Part shown: in pieces, positions 18,148-27,702 of the stretch
Layout: every line of letters begins with the position of its first letter
Position numbering within the stretch: the stretch's first letter is position 1
Source: a virus
UHGV virus genome: UHGV-0167626
Length of the DNA: 55,806 nt
Reading direction: 5' to 3' (one strand)
The notes under the pieces: generated by a model
What the model saw: the letters and a program-made list of their open reading frames with translations, nothing else
Databases searched by the model: none
What the model was told of the DNA's origin: nothing
Program-made: the position numbers and the translations under genes

Positions 18148-18666
18148 ATGTTTCTGGATAACACATATTTTCAAGGAGAATTGTCGATCCCGAACCTGAT
18201 ATTCGTAGAACCGAAAGGAGTTGGAACGATGATCCAAGCCGTTAACGAACAGTCTTTCGATTGGTATTTGGGGAAATACGAAGTGAAATTCATGAATGAA
18301 TTACTTGGTAGTGAGATGTATGCCAGAATGATGAAGGAGATAGAAGACGGGAATGAGTGGGGTAAGTTAAGGAATAAGATTTTTGTGTTTACAGGTTCGG
18401 GTAATAGCTATTCTCCTGCTGCAAACTATGTGTATTTTTACTCAATCCGGAGCATGCAGACACAGACATCACCCGAGGGAGAAGTTAGAGGCCGTAAAGA
18501 TTATTCTTCTATCGTTTCTGTATCCCCAAAACTAGTAAGAGTATGGAACGATATGGTTGATATGATTGCGGATATCAGGGAATACGTAAATCAGAATGAA
18601 GTTCTGTACGGGAAATTGGGCGATGATGCAAGGTTGTTTAAATACATTAATACGTTTGGAATATGA
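18148..18666 (+). CDS. Putative head-tail adaptor
   Basis: Likely start MFLDNTYF; synteny. Confidence 0.6.
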   Translation: MFLDNTYFQGELSIPNLIFVEPKGVGTMIQAVNEQSFDWYLGKYEVKFMNELLGSEMYARMMKEIEDGNEWGKLRNKIFVFTGSGNSYSPAANYVYFYSIRSMQTQTSPEGEVRGRKDYSSIVSVSPKLVRVWNDMVDMIADIREYVNQNEVLYGKLGDDARLFKYINTFGI

Positions 18667-19310
18667 TTTCTCCTAATAAGCTTATCGGTAGCCTCGTTTT
18701 TCGTACTCGTAATGCGCTTGACTGGAATAAAGAGTTTAAGGACAATTTATTAAGTTATCCTTACAGTAAAAATTGTTTGGTAAACAATCATTTTTTATTG
18801 TGGCATTATCCGGGTACAAATAACGAGATATCGAATGCATTACTTGAAATCGGTAAGCATCCGAACGGAGCAAGACTAAAATTCCCTTCTTTTTTAAATT
18901 TTCAGCCAATCCGGCAAGAAAACAGGGGGAATGAGGTGACTATATTTTACAATATTGCAATTGTTGGTACTGTAAAAAGTACCTGGATGACTGAAAAACG
19001 GGAACACGAAGTATTTGAAAAGGTGCTCCGTCCTGTTTATGAAGAGTTTATTAGGCAAATACAAGCTTGTAGATATTTCAAAACAGACTATGGGAAACCT
19101 GATCATGCATACTATGAAATTTTTACTACTGGAGAGAGCGCCGGAGAAATAATAAAGAGATACGGAGATAATATTGATGCAATAGAAATACATGGCATGG
19201 CTTTAAAGCTTAATACGAATCTGTGCAAATCCGATTTCCTTACAATCGAACGCGAGAATGCTGCAGTAACATCTGGTATTAAAGGAATTTTAAATTTTAG
19301 AGAAGAATGA
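18663..19310 (+). CDS. Putative neck/tail completion protein
   Basis: Coupled ORF; synteny. Confidence 0.55.
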   Translation: MISPNKLIGSLVFRTRNALDWNKEFKDNLLSYPYSKNCLVNNHFLLWHYPGTNNEISNALLEIGKHPNGARLKFPSFLNFQPIRQENRGNEVTIFYNIAIVGTVKSTWMTEKREHEVFEKVLRPVYEEFIRQIQACRYFKTDYGKPDHAYYEIFTTGESAGEIIKRYGDNIDAIEIHGMALKLNTNLCKSDFLTIERENAAVTSGIKGILNFREE

Positions 19311-20182
19311 GTATTGGACAAATTAAAAGTAATTGCAAAACAGCAACTCCCCTCACCGGGGCTGAAAGTTGTGCAAAACAGGAAGGGAAAGTATCAGCTT
19401 TGATTGTAACTGGCTTGAATGCGTACTTCCCTCTTGAAGATACGGATTTTACCGATGAATTAGGAACCCATGTTTATGAATCCGGTCCTAACCGGATTTA
19501 TCCGATTAAAAATATCGTTGGGATGACCATTTCCGGTGGGGATATCAATGCCCCGGACCTCGGTACATACGGAGGCCCAGCACCGACAAACCTAAATGCG
19601 AAAAACGTGGCTTATCAGATTAATGCCGGCGATTGCATGTATAAAGAACTGGCAAAATTTAATAAGCGGAAAGTACGTGTAATTAGAGTGGACGACGAAG
19701 GATATGCCTATGGTACAATAGTAAAAAGAGGAAGCGAATATTTTTTCGCAGGATATGAAGGAACTTTGTACACACAACGTACGCCGACAGATGGTTCAAC
19801 TGCATATAATCTGTCTCTTTTCGTATATTATACTCCGAATAACGAAGATGAAGAAAAAAACATGGCTGCAATAAATGTTGGTCTTGTGAATGTCCCTGAC
19901 GGACTTTTAGGTGTTACTTTAAAAAAAGGGACAGCGAGTGGCTCGGCAACTGTAATTACAGCATGCGGAGCAGAAGACATTACTTCGGAATATGGGGAGA
20001 AGTGGAAGGCAACGATGTTTTTAAATGCTTCAGGAGGATCCCCTACGACAGTTACATATAATCAATCTACCGGTACTTTGACATTTGAACCCGCTGCAGC
20101 ATACAGGATCGCGCCGGCGTCTGTATTAAATGCAGATATTCCCGGGATTGAAGGTATCAATGAACTAACCAATCTGTCATGA
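19307..20182 (+). CDS. Putative major tail protein
   Basis: G/T/S-rich beta protein upstream of tape measure. Confidence 0.6.
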   Translation: MSIGQIKSNCKTATPLTGAESCAKQEGKVSALIVTGLNAYFPLEDTDFTDELGTHVYESGPNRIYPIKNIVGMTISGGDINAPDLGTYGGPAPTNLNAKNVAYQINAGDCMYKELAKFNKRKVRVIRVDDEGYAYGTIVKRGSEYFFAGYEGTLYTQRTPTDGSTAYNLSLFVYYTPNNEDEEKNMAAINVGLVNVPDGLLGVTLKKGTASGSATVITACGAEDITSEYGEKWKATMFLNASGGSPTTVTYNQSTGTLTFEPAAAYRIAPASVLNADIPGIEGINELTNLS

Positions 20183-20370
20183 AAGTTATAATGGGGAAAT
20201 ACGTGATAGACGTAAATGAAAGTGATATACGAAAGTCACGTAAAACATCATGGGTCAGCCAACGTGTGAAGGCTTTTGAGTGGACAGGGATTGACCGGGA
20301 CGTACTTACAGAGAAATTTTCAGAAGTATTTGACAGTATTAAGGGATCTGATACCAAAGAGTCCGAATAG
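20179..20370 (+). CDS. Hypothetical protein
   Basis: Coupled ORF followed by hairpin 20396-20415. Confidence 0.55.
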   Translation: MKVIMGKYVIDVNESDIRKSRKTSWVSQRVKAFEWTGIDRDVLTEKFSEVFDSIKGSDTKESE

Positions 20371-20423
20371 TTTTATTTTGTTATTTTATCTGGAGGGGGT
20401 GGGTAGTTCCACCCCTTTATATT

Positions 20424-20930
20424 ATGGGGATAAGGGAATTAATAAGAAAATATACGAAAATTCAGGAAAATATAAAAAATATTCCTGCAGTAATTAACGG
20501 AATTGTAGCAAGGGATAAGGATATATTACTTTCCCTTAATAGAGATCAGATGTTGTTGGGACGTAATGCAGAAGGTGAAGTATTAACACCTTCATACCTT
20601 AACGATCCGTATTTTAAAAGCAATTTACAGGCTGAAGCATATGCCCGGATGAAATACAAACTCGAACAGGAGCATAAAGCGCGTATTGAAAATCCGACAC
20701 TATATCCGGACAAAGACAAGGATACCCCCAATCTTATTGTGACCGGTCCGTTTCAGGACAATATGTTTATTTTACCGGAAGGAGAAAGTTTTATTATTGG
20801 CTCATCATATCGAGATTCAAACGATATAGAGAATAAATATAACAATCTTGTATTTGGGATATCTCCTGAATCAAAAGAATATTTCTATAAAAATTTTATC
20901 CATCCTGCTCTATTAAAACTATTACAATGA
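20424..20930 (+). CDS. Putative neck/tail protein
   Basis: NLIVTGPF..VFGI motif; synteny. Confidence 0.55.
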   Translation: MGIRELIRKYTKIQENIKNIPAVINGIVARDKDILLSLNRDQMLLGRNAEGEVLTPSYLNDPYFKSNLQAEAYARMKYKLEQEHKARIENPTLYPDKDKDTPNLIVTGPFQDNMFILPEGESFIIGSSYRDSNDIENKYNNLVFGISPESKEYFYKNFIHPALLKLLQ

Positions 20931-21124
20931 GTTGCGATTGTTTAAAGAAAAAGACTACAGAGGCTGACAAAATAATGAATCAGGCCCGTATTGAAAGTGA
21001 AATTGAAAAAAAAGATTATGTCGTATATGAAGAAGGGAACAAAACATTCTATGACCGGAAATCGTGTTGGCAAAAAGCGGGGAAACCTGGCAAAGTCAGA
21101 GGAATTATATTCTATTTACAGTAG
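20927..21124 (+). CDS. Small MSCDC protein
   Basis: Coupled ORF. Confidence 0.5.
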   Translation: MSCDCLKKKTTEADKIMNQARIESEIEKKDYVVYEEGNKTFYDRKSCWQKAGKPGKVRGIIFYLQ

Positions 21125-21713
21125 TTGCTATGATTGTCCATTGAAGGTCTATATAGAAATTGTATGTAATAATAATCTGGATGCTCTTATAATTTCTGGG
21201 AATCCACCAAAAACAGTATTAGAAAATGCGAATAATAAAATAATTTCCGGCTATGCGGAATTATCAGGGAGTAGTATATCAACGAGATATAATGTTCTGC
21301 TTAAAGATATTTATTCATACAGATCTCAGATTGTCGGACTGACATTATGTCTGCAAATACTTCCTATTACTCCGGATGCTGCAGTTGGAAATCTTTCTAA
21401 ACTTGGAATGAGGTGTTCCATCCCTGAGAATAATGAAGATATGGATCGTTTAATCAGAAAAATTGATTCCCGCATAAAAGACAGATCAATCCGGCTGAAA
21501 AAGGCACAAAAGGAATTTGATAGTATCCAAAAAAGTAATAAAAGTAAAGCAATAACCCCTAAAGATTTTTATGATCAGCTTGCGATAATAAGCCGGTGGG
21601 CCGGATTCAGAATTTCAGTGGACATTACGCTTGCAGAATATGCTGTATATATTAAGCAGATGTCGGAATATGTAGAACAGTCAAAATCAATGATCAATGG
21701 CAAGAAGTACTAA
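20991..21713 (+). CDS. Putative tail assembly chaperone (start uncertain)
   Basis: Immediately upstream of tape measure. Confidence 0.55.
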   Translation: MKVKLKKKIMSYMKKGTKHSMTGNRVGKKRGNLAKSEELYSIYSSCYDCPLKVYIEIVCNNNLDALIISGNPPKTVLENANNKIISGYAELSGSSISTRYNVLLKDIYSYRSQIVGLTLCLQILPITPDAAVGNLSKLGMRCSIPENNEDMDRLIRKIDSRIKDRSIRLKKAQKEFDSIQKSNKSKAITPKDFYDQLAIISRWAGFRISVDITLAEYAVYIKQMSEYVEQSKSMINGKKY

Positions 21714-24700
21714 AAATATGGAATTGGTACCACAGGAGGTACTAAATGAATTGATGGCATTGGATGTCCAGTTAGACAAAACAAAATCTAATCTACTGGA
21801 AATTTTAAAACCGGTTGTTGATATTAATAATGAATTACAGAAATCAGCTACAAATTACAAAACACTTACCGATTTAATCAATAAACAGAATCAGGTCGAA
21901 GCCAAAGCTATTGCCGAATTAGAAAAACACAGAGAGATAATCAAACAAATGAAAATTCTTCAGGACAAATTAATTTCTTCTCAAAGCCAGCAGGCTAAAG
22001 AGATAGAAATGTTGAGGTCCATACTTGAAGAACGTAAAAAATATAATGATGAAATTCAAAAGTCCGTAATAGCTAAACAAAAAGAATTTGAAGAGTCAAC
22101 TAAAAGTGCAGATGGCATTAAACAGGAAGGGATTGCTTATAAAGAAATGGCCTCTGCAGCAAATAAAATCATAGGACTACGTAGTCAGAATATATCTTCA
22201 CTGATAAAAGAACAAACAGCATTATCATCAGTAAAAGCAGAATTATCAAAGCTGAATAGAATAGAAAATGAAGGGAAAGAATTAACAGAAGAACAAGTCG
22301 CCAGAAAACGAGAGTTGATAAATTCCGAGAAAGAGCATAAACAAATAATATCAGGTTTAAATCAGGTGATTCAAAACGATATTAAACTGAATCAGGCTGC
22401 TTCCGGATCAATGAATGAAATGGCCCAATCTTTAAGTAAAGCAAGAATTGCATACCGGAATTTGACAGAAGAAGAAAGGAATTCACCATTTGGCCAAGAA
22501 CTGTTAAAGTCAATACAAAAAACAGATTTGAAAATTAAAGAATTCGATGCATCTATTGGTAACCATCAACGTAATGTTGGTAATTATGCAGGAGGTTTTA
22601 ATACTTTACAATATAGCGTCCAACAAGTTGCCAGAGAACTTCCATCATTGACAATGAGTCTTAGTCAATTTTTTCTGGCTATTTCAAATAACATACCGAC
22701 CTTATCCGATGAAATAGTAAAAGCCAAGAATGCAAATGCAGCATTAAGAGCAGAAGGAAAGAAAGGGGTACCAGTTTGGAAACAGCTTATATCTTCCGTA
22801 TTCTCCTGGCAAACAGCTTTAGTCGTTGGAATAACTGTAATTACTGCATACGGGAAAGAAATTAGTAATTTCTTTAAAGCATTGTTTGGAGCTAAGCAGG
22901 CATTAATTGAGGTAAGTGAAGTACAAAGGATATTTGGTGAAAATATAGCTAAAGATACAATTGAGTTGGATGTAATGATTGACAAATTAAAAAATACGAC
23001 AAAGGGGACAGAAGATTATAACAAAGCCCGGATGAAAATAATTGATAAATATGGTGATTATCTGAAAGGGCAAAAAGATGAGATACGTAATCTAGAAGAT
23101 TTGGATGCTGCATATAAGATATTAACTCAGTCGATAATTCAGAACTCTATTCAAAAAGGTTTACAAGAAGCTAATTCCAAAATGATAGAAGAATATAATA
23201 AAGGGATGGAATCTGCGTTAGGTGGTGTACTTGAAAAATTTGAGGAAAAATATGGTAAAGAAAAGGGAGCTGAAAAATTTATGACTTTTAAAATCGGTAT
23301 TACATCCGATGATAAGGAGTTAAAGGATGCTGCAGAAAAAATATTTCACGAATTTGATTTTGAGAATAGCATGTCTAATCCCATAGGAAAATCTTTCAAA
23401 TATATTGAGAATCACATGCGTCCGGTTGTTAACAATATTATAAGAATAAATAATAATTTGAAGGACGCTCAGGAATCTTCATTAATCATGGAAAAAACTT
23501 TTCTAAAAGTTTTTGGGACTGATACGGTTAAGAAATCAGATTCATTGCTTGGGAAGCAGCAGGCTTTAAGGAAAGAAGCAGAATTGTTACCTGAAAGTAC
23601 AGAAGAGGAACTCAAATTGAAAAATAAACGTTTAAAGCAAATAGATGATGAAATAAAACGCCTTAAAGAGCTTGGTATAGAAACTGACAAACAAGCAAAG
23701 TCGAGAGAAAAAGAGGAAAGAAAAATTCATGATTATATTATAAAACTTCAGGAGAGGGAAAGAAATGCTTATAACCAAATGCTTTCTCTGAAAGAGAAAG
23801 AAGGTAGCGAAGCTAATAAAAGAATCGTTCAGGATGAAAGATTTTCTTATGAGGAACGCATCGAGGCCCTGAATAAATATAGTGAAGCTTTAAAAGCATC
23901 TGTAAAAACCAATGCATATGCTCAAATTGAGAAATTAATAAGAGAAACAACTATCGGATTAGGTAAAGATCCGGATAACGAAAAAGACCGGGCTGAAGTT
24001 GCCCAGAAGGTTTCAAATCAGGTCCTTTTAATAAGACAAAAAGAGGCATTGGAAATAGAAAAGATTACAGAACAGAGTGCTAAAACCCAATTACAAATAG
24101 AGGAAGATAGAGTAAAAAAAATGCTTAAGTCTATTCAGGAAGAAGCAGATGCGCGAAGTAGGGCTATATCCGGGAAAGAATCAACAGAATACGATTATCT
24201 GGCCAAAGATTATAAAAAAGGTTTAATGTCCGAGGAAGTATATCAGTCTAAAAAAAAGGCTATTTCGGATAAATATGCTTTAATACGTTTTGATGAAGAA
24301 CAAAAAATGTTGGAGCAACAATTAAATACTTTTGTTCTGAAAGAAGAAGAAAAGAATGATATTGAAAGACGTTTGGCTGACAATCGCCTAGAATATGAAA
24401 AATGGGTAAATGAACAAGAGATTGCTGCAGCTGAGGCATTGGCAGAAAAGAAAAAAGAGCTTTTGCAGGATGTATTTAATTTCGGTCAACAGCTTATCGA
24501 ACAACGTTTCCAAAACCAACTTAATGCCCTTGAAGAAGAGTCTGAGGCAAATGATGAATGGTCTGAGCGTGAGAAAGAACGTATTGACCGTTTGGAAGAA
24601 GCCGGTGCAATTTCGAAGGAGCAAGCGGATGCCAGAAAAGCGGTTGTGGATGATCAAGCTGCAGCCCGGGAAGATCAAATCGAAAATAAGAGAAAAGAAA

Positions 24701-25227
24701 TTTTAAGAAAACAGGCAATTTATGAAAAGGCAATGGCAATCGCACAAATTGCATGGAATACAGCACAGGCAATTATGGCTGCCTGGACAAATCCATTTAC
24801 AGCTCCAGGCATGATCCCGTTAATTATTGCTGCTGGTGCAGTACAATCTGCAACAGTTCTAGCAACTCCTATCCCTGAATATGCACAAGGTACAGAAGAT
24901 CATCCGGGAGGTCTGGCTATTGTTGGAGATGGTGGTAAATCTGAAATGATTATAGCAGGAGGAAAAGTTTTCCGCACTCCATCAACGGATACACTGGTCG
25001 ATTTACCGCCTCATTCTGTCGTATTGCCGGATTTTAATGCGGAAATGAATACATTGAAAGCTCCTGATATCCATATGAGTGATCGGGCTATTTCTTTTGA
25101 AGAACTTTCAGCTTTATTAAAGGAGGGTAACCAAAAAACTGATACATTATTGAAAATGTTCCGTCAGAACATTAAAAATGAGTTGTATGCAAGAGAATTA
25201 AATAAAGTAAATCGTATTACAAGATGA
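21697..25227 (+). CDS. Tape measure protein
   Basis: 1176 aa coiled coil; GNHQRNVGNY, hydrophobic segments, YAQGT..GGLAIVGDGG. Confidence 0.85.
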   Translation: MARSTKNMELVPQEVLNELMALDVQLDKTKSNLLEILKPVVDINNELQKSATNYKTLTDLINKQNQVEAKAIAELEKHREIIKQMKILQDKLISSQSQQAKEIEMLRSILEERKKYNDEIQKSVIAKQKEFEESTKSADGIKQEGIAYKEMASAANKIIGLRSQNISSLIKEQTALSSVKAELSKLNRIENEGKELTEEQVARKRELINSEKEHKQIISGLNQVIQNDIKLNQAASGSMNEMAQSLSKARIAYRNLTEEERNSPFGQELLKSIQKTDLKIKEFDASIGNHQRNVGNYAGGFNTLQYSVQQVARELPSLTMSLSQFFLAISNNIPTLSDEIVKAKNANAALRAEGKKGVPVWKQLISSVFSWQTALVVGITVITAYGKEISNFFKALFGAKQALIEVSEVQRIFGENIAKDTIELDVMIDKLKNTTKGTEDYNKARMKIIDKYGDYLKGQKDEIRNLEDLDAAYKILTQSIIQNSIQKGLQEANSKMIEEYNKGMESALGGVLEKFEEKYGKEKGAEKFMTFKIGITSDDKELKDAAEKIFHEFDFENSMSNPIGKSFKYIENHMRPVVNNIIRINNNLKDAQESSLIMEKTFLKVFGTDTVKKSDSLLGKQQALRKEAELLPESTEEELKLKNKRLKQIDDEIKRLKELGIETDKQAKSREKEERKIHDYIIKLQERERNAYNQMLSLKEKEGSEANKRIVQDERFSYEERIEALNKYSEALKASVKTNAYAQIEKLIRETTIGLGKDPDNEKDRAEVAQKVSNQVLLIRQKEALEIEKITEQSAKTQLQIEEDRVKKMLKSIQEEADARSRAISGKESTEYDYLAKDYKKGLMSEEVYQSKKKAISDKYALIRFDEEQKMLEQQLNTFVLKEEEKNDIERRLADNRLEYEKWVNEQEIAAAEALAEKKKELLQDVFNFGQQLIEQRFQNQLNALEEESEANDEWSEREKERIDRLEEAGAISKEQADARKAVVDDQAAAREDQIENKRKEILRKQAIYEKAMAIAQIAWNTAQAIMAAWTNPFTAPGMIPLIIAAGAVQSATVLATPIPEYAQGTEDHPGGLAIVGDGGKSEMIIAGGKVFRTPSTDTLVDLPPHSVVLPDFNAEMNTLKAPDIHMSDRAISFEELSALLKEGNQKTDTLLKMFRQNIKNELYARELNKVNRITR

Positions 25228-27620
25228 AAATAGTAAGAGATTATATAAAATGTGTAGTTATAGAAGGGGGAGCATATGAAAGAGGGGAATTTGCCGGCAA
25301 TATGTGGTGTAGAGTAAATGAAAATGGAGAATTTGAAACCCATGAATATAGTTTGTCAAGACTATATATATTAGATAACAGAAAAAAAGATGGGACGTTA
25401 GGGCTATATAAGCAAGTTGAATACAATGGATATTTAAGGGATAGCGCTGAGATTGTAATGCTTGATTCCAATTTAAATGTTTTGGACCATATTAAAAATA
25501 CGGGGGATGGACCTATAACTAACGTAGCATTTAATATACCTGAAAATTGCAGGTATGTATATTTATCTTGTGCGTCAGATTACGAAAAGAACTACTACTT
25601 AAGAGTTTTTGAGGGAGATTTTATTGATGTAACTCAAAATATTGAAAATCTGGATTCTTTAGAGAATGTATTGTCGCGTGATGGTGTATCCGGTGTTATA
25701 TCAGAGGTTTCTTTTGAAATAAGTTTTGTTTTATCTGCAAAAGATTTTGTAAAAGACATTTTCTTCCGTAAGGGACTTTATGGGAAAGCTTTGTTAAAAA
25801 TTTATCGGAGAGGTAATTTTGACAATGATTACAAACTAATAAAAGATATAAATCTTGATTTTAGTACATACCAGGAATATGCAGATAGGGTTACAGTGGA
25901 AGCAGCAAAATTTGATTTACTTGAAATAATTAATTCAGAGGGGAAAACAAAATATGAAGTACCAGTATCAGAAATCTCTGATACTAAAAAGTGGAAGTAT
26001 GAAAGAATGAATTTTATTAATAACGGTGTTTATGAATTGGTTACTTCGGATATGACAGTTGCGCAAATAACTGACCTTATTGCATTTTCTTTGAATTTAT
26101 CAAGTAGTGAATTGATCCTAGGGGAAGGAATAGACTTTGTCTCACAAACTCTAACTTATGGGAAAACTAATTATTTCATTCAAAATAATGGGAAATCAGT
26201 AAATATGCACATAAAAATGATGTTTAAGTTTATTTTTGAAGGGGAAATTAAGGTACATAATCCATTTGAAACAGAAATTGATAAGAATAGCTTACTTAGT
26301 ATTCAATTATACCGACTTTCATCTGAAGGTAATTTTAAAGAAAGTATAAAAAGTTGGTTTCTTGCTCCAGAAACATTAAGTATTGATGGAGAAAAATATA
26401 CGGGTATATTTTCCGACACCATGAATGTGGACAAAATTGTAACTATAGAACCAAACGAAAGGATATGCTTGGGATTTAGTAGCGTGAATAATATGGGGAT
26501 GGCAGTAACAATTCAATCAGGTTACTATAGGTTTGAATCTTTAGAAGAAGGTAACAAACCAATTCTAACTGCTTACTATACTACTAAAAGCCAAGAATCA
26601 CATGAAATAGATATTATTGACCCAACAACTCTTATGCAACATTATTTAAATGAAATGTCTGGAGTTAACGGTCTTTTTTCTGTACAAATAAATTGGAGTG
26701 AGAGTAATTACAAAACAATGCTTATTGCAGCAGAAAGTATAAGACAAATTCCCGGAGCTAAATTATACGGATCACCAAATGATTTTTTTGACTGGATGAA
26801 AGTATTAGGGTATGAATATGATATTGACGGGACAAAGTTGATTTTTAATTTTAGGGATGAGTATTTTAAAAGTTCATTTGCTGCGATGTCTATGCGAAAA
26901 GATGAAATTGCAGACTTGATTATTAAGGCAGATAATACCTATGCTTATACTTCTATTGAAATAGGATATGATAAGCAGGATTATGATACCATGAATGGCC
27001 GATGTGAACCCAATGGAATGTTTTCTTACACAACCGGATATATAACACGTACAGATAATAAATTGAGTCTAATAAGTCCTTATCGGGCCGATTCGATCGG
27101 TATTGAAATATTGTGTCAGGAAAGCGATAAACAGACGACAGACACAGATTCTGACAACGATGTTTTTTTTGTTGCCTTAAAAGAAAATAGCGAAGATTAC
27201 TCTGAATACAAAGATATCTATATTGAAGATAAGGATTTCTCTAGTCTGAAACTGTTTAATGCCCCGTTTAACCCGTATTATTTAATAAAAAGAAACCAAA
27301 GCCTGATAGGGATAAATGCTGATAAGGTAAAATTTAAAGCTACAGATATGAGCCGGACGGCAATTATAATAGATAACGGGCAATCTGTTGATCCATATGC
27401 CGATCAGATAATTTCTAAAAAATTATTTGAACCAATTATATATAACTTTGCGGCAGGAAGCAATAAAGATTTACCTGATCATGCTGTCAGGAATGGGTTG
27501 GTTAAAATAAATTGGAAGGATGAAATTTACACTGGCTTTATTAAGGAAATCAGGAAGAATTATGCTTCCGATACAGAAACCACTTGGGAATTATGGGGAT
27601 TTAAAGATAGGGCGGTGTAA
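25224..27620 (+). CDS. Tail/baseplate protein
   Basis: 798-aa ORF after tape measure. Confidence 0.65.
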   Translation: MKIVRDYIKCVVIEGGAYERGEFAGNMWCRVNENGEFETHEYSLSRLYILDNRKKDGTLGLYKQVEYNGYLRDSAEIVMLDSNLNVLDHIKNTGDGPITNVAFNIPENCRYVYLSCASDYEKNYYLRVFEGDFIDVTQNIENLDSLENVLSRDGVSGVISEVSFEISFVLSAKDFVKDIFFRKGLYGKALLKIYRRGNFDNDYKLIKDINLDFSTYQEYADRVTVEAAKFDLLEIINSEGKTKYEVPVSEISDTKKWKYERMNFINNGVYELVTSDMTVAQITDLIAFSLNLSSSELILGEGIDFVSQTLTYGKTNYFIQNNGKSVNMHIKMMFKFIFEGEIKVHNPFETEIDKNSLLSIQLYRLSSEGNFKESIKSWFLAPETLSIDGEKYTGIFSDTMNVDKIVTIEPNERICLGFSSVNNMGMAVTIQSGYYRFESLEEGNKPILTAYYTTKSQESHEIDIIDPTTLMQHYLNEMSGVNGLFSVQINWSESNYKTMLIAAESIRQIPGAKLYGSPNDFFDWMKVLGYEYDIDGTKLIFNFRDEYFKSSFAAMSMRKDEIADLIIKADNTYAYTSIEIGYDKQDYDTMNGRCEPNGMFSYTTGYITRTDNKLSLISPYRADSIGIEILCQESDKQTTDTDSDNDVFFVALKENSEDYSEYKDIYIEDKDFSSLKLFNAPFNPYYLIKRNQSLIGINADKVKFKATDMSRTAIIIDNGQSVDPYADQIISKKLFEPIIYNFAAGSNKDLPDHAVRNGLVKINWKDEIYTGFIKEIRKNYASDTETTWELWGFKDRAV

Positions 27621-27698
27621 TTGTTGTAAATAAAACATTTTATGTGTAATATTTTATTGTTTGTATTGTTTTTTATATTTTTGTTGAAAATACAACAA
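27621..27698 (+). promoter_or_regulatory. Internal late promoter with two TGTT-N8-AACA sites
   Basis: Sites 27621-27638 and 27681-27698; TATTTTTG at 27676-27683. Confidence 0.6.
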
Positions 27699-27702
27699 TA
27701 AT

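Noticed and set aside
20927..21713. Programmed tail-chaperone frameshift at the A-run near 21007
   Set aside because: The two ORFs are related by +1, not the usual -1, and the downstream ORF has its own possible starts
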